Shown here: positions 25,301-37,200 of the stretch, piece after piece | How positions within the stretch are numbered: the first letter of the stretch is position 1 | How the letters are laid out: every line of letters begins with the position of its first letter | Source of the DNA: Acipenser ruthenus | Lineage: Eukaryota | NCBI RefSeq assembly: GCF_902713425.1 | Contig: NC_081214.1 | Location: forward strand, 10,816,641 to 10,880,640 | DNA: 64,000 nt | Reading direction: 5' to 3' | Program-made: the position numbers and the translations under genes | The notes under the pieces: generated by a model | Seen by the model: the letters and a program-made list of their open reading frames with translations, nothing else | Told to the model about the DNA's origin: nothing | The model's database searches: none

Positions 25301-25401
25301 CCCGTTTATATCCCGTGTACCAATGACTATACACCAACATTAACACACGCACGCAACATACAACACATAATAAGCACACAGGGGCGGGGCACATTGCCAC
25401 A
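22377..25401 (-). mobile_element. LTR element on the minus strand, likely non-autonomous or internally deleted. The 5' LTR is 24791..25401 (611 bp). The 3' LTR is 22377..22889 (513 bp, lacking ~100 bp at its U3 side). The 1.9 kb internal region is dominated by coding minisatellites and encodes a CCHC zinc-knuckle protein. It is flanked by a 5-bp TSD, GTGTG, at 22372-22376 and 25402-25406.
   Basis: The direct repeats are highly similar (with small indels) and have TG...CA termini (TGTGGCAATG......TTTGTGACA). A PBS-like TGGTGTCATCGTGGGA lies 2 nt inside the 5' LTR. The minus ORF 22882..24108 contains CPGCGAYGHTLAIC (C-x2-C-x4-H-x4-C). A solo LTR of the same family sits at 54393-55027. Confidence 0.8.
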
Positions 25402-26183
25402 GTGTGTCAGAAAGGAGAGCAAGAGAGAGTGCTGGAGAGTGGAGTTAGAACCTGTGAGTAACAAGAACTGGTGTTTAAGAGACAAGTAAACAGCTTAGCT
25501 ATCCTGTGGCAGACAGGGAAGCAACCTTAAATTGTGTAGGTAGTATCGTCAAGTGATTTTTGTTTGTTTGTTTGCTTTGTGTTGTATAATTTGTGAATAA
25601 AATTGTGTTGGAACTGCAAAACAAAGTCTCGAGAGTTTTGTACCTACACCGCTGTACCCAGCCACGTTCCCACAATATGTAAAACATTTATGTGTGCATG
25701 GAAAAGATTTTGAATAATTTTAGAAATATTAAATGAAACTCTAAGTTCAATAACTACTAGAACTCTTTTTCATTGAAAAGACTTCAAGTTGAAAGTTTGT
25801 CGTTGAATTTAAGTTTCTTTAAGTATTTCTAAATGTAGCACTATTGAATGTTTAATAGTCATGGAAGACTTTTGTAATAAATTAAACTGTAAAAATAACT
25901 ACAGCAGGCCTCTATATTTGGCCTGCATATTTTGTTTCCCATTCCCGAAAACCCTTTCCGAAAATCTGGATTTCTCTGCATTGGGATTTCTCATTATTAT
26001 TCTCATTAACCGGGATTACATTGAAAAGAAAGTGCTGTGATTTGCACAACACAGGATGCAACAAGGGTAAAGTCATGTGTTTCCTGTAAACACTGCAGGG
26101 GGTTCTGTAACCCTTCACGAGTTAAATTCAATTGGAACAGAATAACTGCAGTCACGGTGTGGACTGTGCTGTGCTCAGCTTAC

Positions 26184-26377
26184 CAGGATGAAGTCGGTCT
26201 GGTAGGTGGAAAGCATGAAAACAGAGATGTTGTGATCAGCCAGTGGTGCGATAACTGACTTGGCAATTTTGGTGACTCCGATTGGCTGGGAGCTGGAGGA
26301 ACTCCCACCCCCCGAGACCACGTTCAGTGCAAGCCATGTTGCCTCAGCCACACTCAGAAACTCGGACACAGGCAGCT
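26184..26377 (-). CDS. CASTOR1-like: CASTOR1/GATSL-family (ACT-domain arginine sensor) internal coding exon; encodes (E)LPVSEFLSVAEATWLALNVVSGGGSSSSSQPIGVTKIAKSVIAPLADHNISVFMLSTYQTDFIL
   Basis: Reverse-strand translation matches the human CASTOR1 (GATSL3) region ELPPSEFLQVAEATWLVLNV...AGVTKIARSVIAPLAEHHVSVLMLSTYQTDFILVRE, recalled from memory. The acceptor is tatttcag|AG and the donor CATCCTG|gtaagctg. Exon start phase 1, end phase 0. Confidence 0.85.
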
Positions 26378-26380
26378 CTG

Positions 26381-26418
<38 letters not shown>

Positions 26419-26424
26419 TGTATG

Positions 26425-26590
26425 AATGAGAGGAGGCCATTCATCCCATTAATGCTCTTCTGGTTCATAGCAGCTGATTGACCTCCAAACTTTTACAATT
26501 TGTAAAGGATCCCAAAGATTCTGCATTTACGACATGACTAGGTAACCCATTCCATAAACCACTTCATTTCCAACTGTGCCCTCTTTTCCT
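26425..26590 (-). mobile_element. CR1-like 3'-end fragment (reverse), 48 bp upstream of the CASTOR exon at 26184-26377
   Basis: Same tail family: gaggaggccattcatcccattaatgctcttctggttcatagcagctgattgacctcc...ggatcccaaagattctgcatttacgacatgactaggtaacccattccataaacc. Confidence 0.7.
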
Positions 26591-27239
26591 GGGTCCTGTG
26601 CTCATTAAGTATTGGTTAGGGTTTTGTCAATTCCTTTAAAGATATTAAAGATTTTAATCAAGTCCCCCCCTAGTTATTTAGGCTAAACAGATTCAGTTGT
26701 TTCAGCCTGTCTTCACAGCTCATTCCTGTAAGCCCTGGGATTTGGTTGCTCTTCCTTGGACTTTCTCCACAGTCACAATGTCCTTTCAGAACTGAACACA
26801 TCCATTCATTTCTATGAGTCTCAAGTGTTCAGTTTTGAAAGAAAGATCTGTTTTATCAAACAAGTCTATTTATTTTTAAATATCTGGTACTATTCTGGGT
26901 TATGAAATCATTTGCAGCCATGCTTTTAGACCGTCTTTCACTTCCTGGGTCACCTGAGGGTGAAATTGTCTCCGTCCCTTCACCGGATTCTTCCTGTCAC
27001 TAGCCAACCAGCTGCTCTCTCTATTGACTGACATGCCTTCAGCCAGTAACATGACCCAGAGGACACTGCTGAGGTGAAATGACCAAAAAGCAGTAGCATA
27101 CTTCCTGGTAGGCAGGGCAAGAAACATGAGAACGTTCTTTAGCCTGTGTGTTTCAAAAGGAATGTTTGAAACCCATGTAGCTAATCGAAGTGCAAAACGG
27201 TAAGATTGATGGAATCACCTTGTTAGCCCTAGAGCTCAG

Positions 27240-27600
27240 ATGAAAGCACCTTAACACAGTATTACAAGATGAAGCACACTGTATTACAAGATGAAGCACA
27301 CTGTATTACAAGATGAAGCACACTGTACTACAAGATGAAGCGCACTGTATTACAAGATGAAGCACACTGTACTACAAGATGAAGCGCACTGTATTACAAG
27401 ATGAAGCACACTGTACTACAAGATGAAGCGCACTGTATTACAAGATGAAGCGCACTGTATTACAAGATGAAGCACACTGTATTACAAGATGAAGCACACT
27501 GTACTACAAGATGAAGCGCACTGTATTACAAGATGAAGCACACTGTACTACAAGATGAAGCGCACTGTATTACAAGATGAAGCACACTGTATTTGAGTAA
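27240..27600. repeat. Minisatellite: ~16 copies of a 22-bp unit GC(A/G)CACTGTA(T/C)TACAAGATGAA
   Basis: Direct tandem repetition seen in the sequence. Confidence 0.9.
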
Positions 27601-28209
27601 CTTACTCCAAACATCATAAAAATGTAAGAGGACAGTAAAAAAGAAAAGAAAGAAAATGACACTCAAACTTTATATTTGAACTGCTCATGATACTGGAGAG
27701 AATCTTTTTGTTCAGCATTTGTTTTCAGCTAATGCATAGTTCCCCCACCTCAATGACACATTCTCTCTCTGACTCTTGTGAAGTGCTGACAGAGAGAGAG
27801 TGTGTCAGGCCCCCTGTGGAAGACAGCGCTGGAATAGATCCAGGACCTCATGCCATCTTCTGCAGCAGTGTTTACCAACCTTCACACCTTATGCACACTT
27901 TAAACACGTCTGTCAGTAACATCCACCCCCTGTCACTGCTGTAAACTCAAAACTAGAGCTAGCAGTATGGGGAAACGTATTTATCAACATCATGTACAGA
28001 ATAGTACACAATAAAGTGATAATCCAGATATATGCAAAAATGTAAGTGAGATATACAGATGGGTGGATGTACGGACAGACATCCCCCTATAGCTCCAGAA
28101 TTTGATATTATCAATAACTTGTGATTATTGGATAAAAGTTAGTAAATGCATTCAAAAACCATTAATAATCAATAGTGTCTGTTACATTAATTTTTAGACC
28201 TAAGCGATG

Positions 28210-28395
28210 ACATTGGTAACAGAGACAAGCACTCCAGGACTCTGTTGAAAATGAAGTAGAGACACATTTAAGACAGAGGGTAGGAGACGCTTCTTCACAT
28301 AGTGGTGAGAGGGTATCAAATGGGTTACCTAGTTATGTTGTTCAGGCAGAATCACTGGAATCCTTTAAGACCAACTTGGCAATGAAAACTCCAAA
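28210..28395 (+). mobile_element. CR1-like 3'-end fragment
   Basis: Contains agacgcttcttcacatagtggtgagagggtatcaaatgggttacctagttatgttgttcaggcagaatcactggaatcctttaagaccaa, the CR1 tail motif. Confidence 0.6.
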
Positions 28396-28720
28396 TCAAC
28401 ACAGCAGAGCGCTGTAGTAGTATAGGAAAGAGAACTCCATTCAACACTGTAGAGAGCTCTAGTAGTATAGGAAAGAGAACTCCACTCTCAGCACTGCAGA
28501 GCGCTCTAGTAGTATAGGAAAGAGAACTCCACTCTCAACACTGCAGAGCGCTCTAGTAGTATAGGAAAGAGAACTCCACTCTCAACACTGCAGAGCGCTC
28601 TAGTAGTATAGGAAAGAGAACACCATTCAACACTATAGAGCGCTCTAGTAGTCTAAGAAAGAGAATTCCACTCAACACTGCAGAGCGCTCTAGTAGTATA
28701 GGAAAGCATTTTTGTTTTGC
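28385..28720. repeat. Minisatellite: ~6 copies of a ~57-bp unit (CAACACTGCAGAGCGCTCTAGTAGTATAGGAAAGAGAACTCCACTCT)
   Basis: Direct tandem repetition. Six-frame ORF 28553..28948 is an artefact of it. Confidence 0.85.
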
Positions 28721-28924
28721 TGTGGAACTAGGTATTGTATTGATTACAATATTTGAAGAGAGCCCAACAAAGAGCAAACTGATTACCGCAAGGCTAAAGG
28801 AATGAGCTATGAAGATAAGCTGAAAGAATGGAACTGATTTAACCTGGAACAAAGAAGGATTAGGGGGAACATGACTGAAGTCTTCAAAAGGAGTTAACAT
28901 TATTACCCTGAACCTAAATGCAGT

Positions 28925-29194
28925 ACAGAAACCAGGACCAGAGAACACATTTGGAAATTAAGGGAAGGAGATGCTTATTCACACAAAGAGTGGTGAGGGT
29001 ATGGAATGGGTTTCCTAGTCATGTTGTTGAAGGAGACACTTCTTCACACAGAGAGTGGTGAGGGTAGTCATGTTGTTGATGCTGAATCACTGGGGTCCTT
29101 TAAGACCCGAATTAACAAAGTTTGAGATCACGAAGCTACTAGGAACCAGACGAGCACAGATGGGCGGAATGTCCTCCTCTCATTCGAAAGAAAG
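28925..29194 (+). mobile_element. CR1-like 3'-end fragment lying directly upstream of the truncated CR1 copy at 29195
   Basis: Contains ...gggaaggagatgcttattcacacaaagagtggtgagggtatggaatgggtttcctagtcatgttgttga...tcactggggtcctttaagacccgaatt...ctactaggaaccagacgagcacagatgggcggaatgtcctcctctcattcg. Confidence 0.65.
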
Positions 29195-32100
29195 AAACTT
29201 CGTCAAACACAACCACTAGAAATCCAGACAGCCAACACATTTGAGCCACTTCAACATTTAGATGACCAAAACCAACATCACGAGAATGAAAGAAACAACA
29301 CCCAGGACCCTATAAACAGTGCTGACCAGGCAGCAAAAAGAAGGGAGGTCATGATTGTTGGGGACTCCATACTGAGAAACACAGCAAGTTCAGTTAGCAG
29401 TTTGGACCCCCTTACTACAACAGTGTGCTGCCTTCCAGGAGCCTCAGTCAAGCACATCACTGAGAATGTGGACAGGCTCCTAGAACGAACAGGAGATGAC
29501 CCGGTAGTAGTCGTCCACATTGGTACAAACAACATTGGAAGAGACAGGCCAAGATACCTGCAAAACAAATTCAGAGAGCTAGGAAGGAAATTAAAAGACA
29601 AGACCAAAACTGTGGTATTTTCTGGGATACTGCTGACGCCTTGCAAAGGACCATATGGACAGCTGGAAATACAAAATCAAAATGCATGGCTGAAATCGTG
29701 GTGCACACAGGAAGGCTTCACCTTTCTTGAACATTGGAGCACTTTCTACAACAAGGACTATCTATACAGGTGGGACGGACTGCACTTAAACAGAAAGGGA
29801 ACCAATCTACTCGGAGAAAGGATCCTTCAGGCGGTACAGAAGCATTTAAACTAGAAAGGAAGGGGGGAGAAAACAAAAAAACAGAAGGGAGACTACATCA
29901 AAACAAGAGCAACAACTCAGGTAAGACCACTATTAAATGTATTTATCTTAATGCTAGAAGTCTCAGAAACAAAATGTTAGAACTTGAAGCTACTGCACTA
30001 ACAAGCAACTACGATATGATAGGTGTTACAGAAACTTGGTTGTCTGAGAGTGATGGAGACGAATATAATATTAGTGGGTACACACTGTATAGGAAAGACA
30101 GGCAGGACAGAAGAGGCGGAGGGGTAGCGCTATACATAAGAAATAGCCTTGAAGCCCAGGTGTTAAATCAGGACAAAGAAAACAATGCAGAATCAATATG
30201 GGTCAGAATAATGGACACAAATTCAAAGGGCATAATAATAGGAGCATGCTATAGACCGCCAAATTCAGACGCTGAGCAAAATAATCTGTTATACAATGAC
30301 ATTCGAAATGCGTGTAGAAAAGGAGAAGCCATACTAATGGGGGATTTCAACTTCCCCTGTATAAAATGGGAAAACCCAATGGGGGGCACGACGGACGAAA
30401 TTGAAATGGTGGAAATGACAAATGACTGCTTCCTAACGCAATTTGTCAAGGCACCGACTAGAGGGGAGGCATGCCTTGACTTAGTCTTCTCAAATAATGA
30501 AGACAGAATAACTAAAACAGAGGTCAGAGAGCCATTGGCAAACTCAGACCACAACATGGTCTCATTTGAAATATTTTTTAAAACCCCAAAAGTAATGACT
30601 AAAGCTAAGGTTTACAATTTTAGAAAAGCAAACTACGAAGACATGAAACAGAGACTAACAGAAGTAGATTGGAGTAAAATAGAGAAAACTTCCACAGAAA
30701 AAGGGTGTCTGTCTTTTAAAAATGTAGTACTAGAGGCACAAAACAATTACATCCCAAAAGTAGACAAATCTAAATCTAAAACAAAATGGCCAAAATGGTT
30801 TAATAGATCAATTAAAAAAAATATTCAGCGAAAAAAGGCACTTTACAGAGCGTTTAAAAGAGACCAAAAACAAAGCACACAGAAAGAGTACTTGGAACTG
30901 CAAACATAAGTCAAAAAGGAAGTTAGAAAGGCCAAGAGAGAGACAGAAATCAATATTGCTAAGGGGGCTAAAACCAATTCCAAAATGTTTTTCCAATATT
31001 ATAACAGCAAGAGAACATTCAAAGAGGAGGTTAAATGTCTAAGAGACACAAATGGCAAAATCATAGATGAAGAAAAAAAAATAGCAAATATATTAAATGA
31101 TTACTTTTCACAGGTTTTTACAAAGGAGGACACGGACAACATGCCTGACATGTCGACCTGTTCCTATCCAGTTTTAAATAACTTTAGCATAACAGAGGCA
31201 GAAGTGTTAAAGGGACTAGGAGCTCTTAAAATAAACAAATCCCCTGGGCCAGATGAGATCCTCCCAATAGTACTCAAAGAAATGAAAGAAGTTATTTACA
31301 AACCGCTAACCACGATCATGCAACAGTCTCTTGACACAGGGGTTGTACCAACAGACTGGAAAATAGCAAATGTAATACCAATCCACAAAAAGGGAGACAA
31401 AACCGAACCAGGTAACTACAGACCAATAAGCCTGACTTCTATTATATGTAAACTTATGGAAACTATAATAAGATCCAAAATGGAAAATTACCTGTATGGT
31501 AACAATATCCTGGGAGACAGCCAGCATGGTTTTAGGAAAGGGAGATCATGTCTAACTAACCTACTTGACTTTTTTGAGGATGCAACATTGAAAATGGATA
31601 ACTACAAAGCATACGACATGGTTTATTTAGATTTCCAGAAAGCTTTTGACAAAGTCCCGCATAAAAGATTAATTCTCATACTGAACGCAGTAGGGATTCA
31701 AGGAAATGCATGCACATGGATTAGGGAGTGGTTAACAGGTAGAAAACAGAAAGTACTGATTAGAGGAGAAACCTCGAAATGGAGTGAGGTAACCAGTGGT
31801 GTACCACAGGGATCAGTATTAGATCCTCTGCTATTCCTAATCTACATTAATGATTTAGACTCTGATATAGTAAGCAAACTCGTTAAATTTGCAGACGACA
31901 CAAAAATAGGAGGAGTGGCAGACACTGTTGAAGCAGCAAAGGTCATTCAAAATGATCTAGACAGCATTCAAAATTGGGCAGACACATGGCAAATGAAATT
32001 TAATAGAGAAAAGTGTAAAGTATTGCATGCGGGCAATAAAAATGTGCATTATAAATATCATATGGGAGATAGTGAAATTGAAGAAGGGAACTATGAAAAA

Positions 32101-32670
32101 GACCTAGGAGTTTATGTTGACTCAGAAATGTCTTCATCTAGACAATGTGGGGAAGCTATAAAAAAGGCCAACAAGATGCTTGGATATATTGTGAGAAGTG
32201 TTGAATTTAAATCAAGGGAAGTAATGTTAAAACTCTACAATGCATTAGTAAGACCTCACCTAGAATACTGTGTTCAGTTCTGGTCACCTCGTTACAAAAA
32301 GGATATTGCTGCTCTAGAAAGAGTGCAAAGAAGAGCAACCAGAATTATCCCATGTTTAAAAGGCATGTCGTATGCAGACAGGCTAAAAGAATTGAATCTA
32401 TTCAGTCTTGAACAAAGAAGACTACGCGGCGATCTGATTCAAACATTCAAAATCCTAAAAGGTATAGACAATGTCAACCACAGAGAATTGTGAGGGTCTG
32501 GAACCAACTCCCCAGTAATGTTGTTGAAGCTGACACCCTGGGATCCTTCAAGAAGCTGCTTGATGAGATTCTGGGATCAATAAGCTACTAACAACCAAAC
32601 GAGCAAGATGGGCTGAATGGCCTCCTCTCGTTTGTAAACTTTCTTATGTTCTTATGTTCTTATGTAAATG
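29195..32670 (+). mobile_element. CR1-like non-LTR retrotransposon (LINE), 5'-truncated but otherwise near-intact. ORF1 C-terminal part with an SGNH/GDSL esterase domain runs 29351..29854. ORF2 (APE endonuclease + RT) runs 29734..32493 with a single in-frame stop near 30907. The tail ends in (TTCTTATG)n octamer repeats.
   Basis: ORF1 carries GDSIL...HIGTNNIG...DGLHLN esterase blocks, as described for CR1-like elements. ORF2 has EN motifs (YLNARSLRNK..., IGVTETWL) and RT motifs (FRKGRSCLTNLL, YLDFQKAFDKVPH, FADDTKIG). The octamer-repeat 3' end is typical of the CR1 clade. The copy is about 96% or more identical to the one at 49560-53440. Confidence 0.9.
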
Positions 32671-33489
32671 GTCTTATGTACAGTTTACTATACTGTACAT
32701 GTATTAAAAACAGAACAAAGATACATTGCGTATGCTATATTGGGAAACAATGCTGTACCGCAACTTGCATGTAGACCTTCTAATCTTCTGCTTTTATTTC
32801 CCAGAGTGGTTTAAGTGTGGTAACAATCAAACTGATATTATCAGGACCTCATTAACTCCCATTATATTCTGTCCAGGACATTTTAATGCGGTGATAATAA
32901 GCAGAGTGACAGTAAGTGATATTAAGAATGGTCAAGATACAAACTGTCAGACAGGCCCTCCAATTTGAACCACAGCTACATACATCTCATTATTCATGGA
33001 TTGTTTTTGGTCTGGTATTGCCATTTATTTGCAAACCAAACTTCCTGCTTGATAAATGTACCGGCACCTGTTTCACTACACCAGGGTTTCAGTAGCCATG
33101 GTGACAAATAAAGGTCACCTGACAACCAGACTGTAATGGCAATGATTCACTCTGCACACACAAACACACAGAAAACTGCCTGGCAGTAAATTTGACCTGG
33201 TGGTTACAACTGAGGGACTGTGAGGGAGACAGAGTGGCCTACTGTTTTCAACAGAGGGGTTGGGAGGGAGGAAATGCGGCCTAGAGGTTAGATTTTAGTG
33301 ACTGAGAAGAAAGCAGTGTTGTAATTCAAGTTGAGGGACTAAAATGTTTAAAGCGACCCGTAAAATGCATTAATCCGTTAAAATGAAAATACAGGTTTGC
33401 TAGAATGCGTTTCTTTCAAAACTGCACACTTGAGACCTATGTAGCTAATGGAAGTGCATGACAGGGAAGATTTGTGAAATTATTTTGGT

Positions 33490-33775
33490 AGGTACACTTT
33501 GGGGTGCAAGGTAATGACAGCGCTGGGGAGCTGAGAATGGGGTGTTTAGACTAGTGCTCATTATTACAATGCAGGGTAATGACAGCACTGGAGAGCTGAG
33601 AATGGGGTGTTAGACTAGTGCTCATTAAAACATTGCAGGGTAATGACAGCGCTGGAGAGCTGAGAATGGGGTGTTTAGACTAGTGCTCATTATTACGATG
33701 CAGGGTAATGACAGCACTGGAGAGCTGAGAATGGGGTGTTTAGACTAGTGCTCATTATTAAGATACACTCCTTGC
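33490..33775. repeat. Tandem repeat: 4 copies of a ~70-bp unit (GGGGTGTTTAGACTAGTGCTCATTATTACAATGCAGGGTAATGACAGCACTGGAGAGCTGAGAATG)
   Basis: Direct tandem repetition. Confidence 0.85.
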
Positions 33776-34904
33776 CTACTATAGATGTTTCGGATAGGCT
33801 GTAATGAGATAAACTTCATTTTATACAAATAGTTTCAGATACTGTGCCATTAGTATGGAATTATGAGGTAGGTGCATGCACTGGTTAATATTTGTTGTAA
33901 AAGTCAATATTTTGGTTCATAAAAACAGAAGGTGGCAAAATGGTAAAAAAAACAAAAAAACAAAAAAAAAACCTTGAAATAATTCAAGCCTTTCTTGTTA
34001 CGTTTTGTAACAAATGGAATGTGCGTGACAATCTGGAGAACATTAATCTGGCCTACTGTATTGCATATACTATATAACAACAATTGCTTGGTGTCAAGAA
34101 ACCTTTGCTAAAAATTGGTGAATAGAGTCTGTCAGAGACAAGCTTTCATTCCATATGGTTTCCTGTAACATCATGCTAAAAGAATTTCAACTGGTGCTGT
34201 GAAAAAAAAATAATATATTCAAATAAACACTGCTAGATTGTATTTGACGGTATTTACAAAAATGTGTGACATACTGAAGGATGTACGGACAGTCAGACAC
34301 CCAATATATGTCCAGAATCTGATCTCACTAACTTATGCCAAATAATGTTAATGTCAAGTTTCAAGACAAATGGATAAGCGGTTCTCCAGATATTCAGCTG
34401 TTTAATTGTTGTTCTCTTTAAATAGTCCATTTGAATGGGGAATCAGGGTTCATTTACTTCAAAGATTTTACTGTAATATGGTATTGATCAAATTCTGAAA
34501 GAATATTCAAACATGAGAAGCCACTCTATGTTCTGTGTTTTCTTAGCGACACTGTTGTGTTCTGATGTCCAGTTAGTTCACTGGATCACAGCACGAGCCC
34601 TATCTCCTTGGCACATGCCTTGCTTGTCAGTATTACCTGATCGTGAATTTTACACAACTCCTTCCCTGCCCCAGCTAATCTTAGTGCCTACAAGTGACAC
34701 CATTCTTAACCCATTAATCACACACCATTAGTCTCCCATAAAATTACATCAGCTGATACAGATGAGATCTGATGTATCCCCCCCCTCCCACCCCTGTCAC
34801 TCCTTTCGAGTTTCTGCCTGTTTGGGCTAACAGCTAACTGCTCTACCCTTGTGACCAGCAGCTGCTATTCCAAATCAAAAAGATTAGCATCAGGTGTTTG
34901 GGAG

Positions 34905-35045
34905 ATACTTTACAGCACCACTTAAGAACATGTACAGAGACAGGAGGCCATTCTGCCCATCTAAGGTTGTCCGGTTTATAGAAGCTGATTGATCTCAGAA
35001 CTTTGTCAAGTTGGGTCTTAAAAGATCCAAGTAATTTGTGTTGCT
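34905..35045 (-). mobile_element. CR1-like 3'-end fragment (reverse)
   Basis: Contains gacaggaggccattctgcccatctaaggttgtccggtttatagaagctgattgatctcagaactttgtcaagttgggtcttaaaagatccaag. Confidence 0.65.
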
Positions 35046-36964
35046 TGATACATTAGCTAAAAATCTAATAGAGGAGAATGGGACTGTGGCAAAGTGGTTA
35101 AAAGTGTGCAGGTACAGGTAATGGAGCAGTGATCAATGAACATACAGACAACGATAATCCAGGCGCAATGGTGTTTTATTTGTACAATCCAATTGTCTGA
35201 TGACACAGAACACAGTAAATAATAATGATAACAAGCAAAACAGCGGCGTGCATTGCTTCGTTGTAATCCACGGGTTGGTCATGAAATAATAACAGTCCCG
35301 TTCTTTTTACCCCCACACATAACACAAACACAATCACCAGTCCACAGTGTGTGCTCTAGTGCTCGTAGTGCAAACACAGTTTATTGTGAAAAGTAGTGTT
35401 TTCCGGATAATAACACAGGTTTCCTTCCGGTTCGGCATAACAATACAAAGGAACAGATCACTTAGCATGCCCCCTTTTGTAACGTCAATCATGACCCCTT
35501 GGTTAACTAATGCAACCGCTCCTCCAATCCACGGCTGCCACGTCGTTTCCCTTCCGAGTTGATGATTTAGTGTATCGTAGCTCTGCCCCCTTTCTAGATG
35601 ACCGACTTCCTTCTAACCCTCAGAATGAATTGTCTGGCCATCCAGTCCAGGGCACTCTGTTCACTTTACACAGCGCCCTCACAGGTCGGGAGAGGATTTA
35701 TCACCAATAATCATTGTGTCTCTGTCACAGAGACCCACATCATAAAATGTATATAATTATTTTTAAAGTAACGTTATTAATTTTACATTTCCCCAAAAAA
35801 CATTGGATGTAAACTTTGATTTGTATGACTGCATTACACTGTAGCCTGCAGTAGTCCTACAGGAAACCGTACTCTGTAATGCATTTGCCTTTCACTCTTT
35901 TATGGAAAAGCAAAAGTAAGAACTAAAAGCTTGGTCACATTCACGTCAATGAATGAGGTTTAGTGTTTGAACAGAACCTCTGATTACCTGCGTGGAGAAA
36001 AGATGCAATTTGTAAAAATAAAGTCAAGGTGAAACAAAATGCATCGAGAAAGAAAGAATAGAAAGACCAAGGAAGAAGCAAGATAGAGAAAGAATAAAAG
36101 AAAGAATAAACAATGACAGAAAGGAAGGAAAAAAGAGAAAGAAGGAAAGAAAAGAGAAAACAAAAGAAAAAACAAGAAAGACAGATAGACAGAAGATAGA
36201 AAGACTTAAAACAGATTTGTTTTAGGGGACAGACAGGTGCTGAGCCGAGTCACATGTTTCCCCTCACCACAGCACAAGGAAATTGGGTGGAAAATCCCTT
36301 CAGCTAATCGGGCGAGAAGTGCAATATAGAGCACTGGGGGAGAAACATGGCATGTCCAATCTGGGTTGGGTGCCCAGTCAGTTTCACTCAGATGCACAGA
36401 AACCAATGAAAGACTTTCTGCAGAAGTAATTTAAAGGGATCCCTACACATATGTAATCCACACCTTAAAGGGAATATTTATAGGTCGGACAAAAAAAAGC
36501 TTCCCATCATTGTGTGCAGGTTTTCCCTTACTCTGAATCACGGCACTGTTTTTGGATGCAGTTTGAACATTAGGACGATAATACTTTGCTCTTGCAATGA
36601 AAACACATTCAGCCTCAGAACTTTGGAGGCCAGGGTGGGGCCAACACGAATGACCACTCACGTTTTAGACCCACCACAGCAATTGTTGCTGAGGGATTCC
36701 AAAGAACCAGAAACCAGTGCAGAAAAAAGATGAAATGTGTAAAAAAAAGATAAGCACAACAAAAGTAAACTTTCATACCTATGAATATTCACTTTAAATG
36801 CTTAGAATTTACCAACATTCCTGATGTGTTCAAGTTTAAGCATTTTTTTAAGTGTAAGCACCCCTGTGGCCTCACAGAGCTCTCACACATCTCTTCTCTC
36901 TAGGAACAGCTGGTTCACCAGAGTGTAACCATCAACCTGTCCCCCTGCAACACTATGCCTCTTC

Positions 36965-37200
36965 AAACCTATAAGACTACAAGAACATTTATGAACAAGG
37001 ATGTGCCCATCTAAGCTTGTCAAATTCCTAATAGCCAAGTGATCCCCAAAAATTGCTGAGTTTGGTCTAAAAGGATCCCAATGATTCAGCATCAATTACA
37101 TGGATAGATAGCCCATTCCATACCCTCAACACTCTCTGTGTAAAGAAGTGCCTCCTACCCTCTGTCCTAAGTCTATCTCCACTTAAGCTACAATTACACC
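36965..37200 (-). mobile_element. CR1-like 3'-end fragment (reverse)
   Basis: Contains ...gatgtgcccatctaagcttgtcaaattcctaatagccaagtgatcc...ggatcccaatgattcagcatcaattacatggatagatagcccattccataccctcaacactctctgtgtaaagaagtgcctcc. Confidence 0.65.

Noticed and set aside
29278-31527. Minus-strand ORFs of 73-122 aa overlapping the CR1 copies (29278..29646, 30249..30557, 30808..30996, 31306..31527) and their counterparts in copy 2
   Set aside because: These are antisense frames of LINE ORFs with no recognisable domains. They recur only because the LINE is duplicated.
36206-36406. Minus ORF (66 aa) considered as an upstream CASTOR exon
   Set aside because: No similarity to the missing N-terminal 60 aa, and no convincing splice sites.
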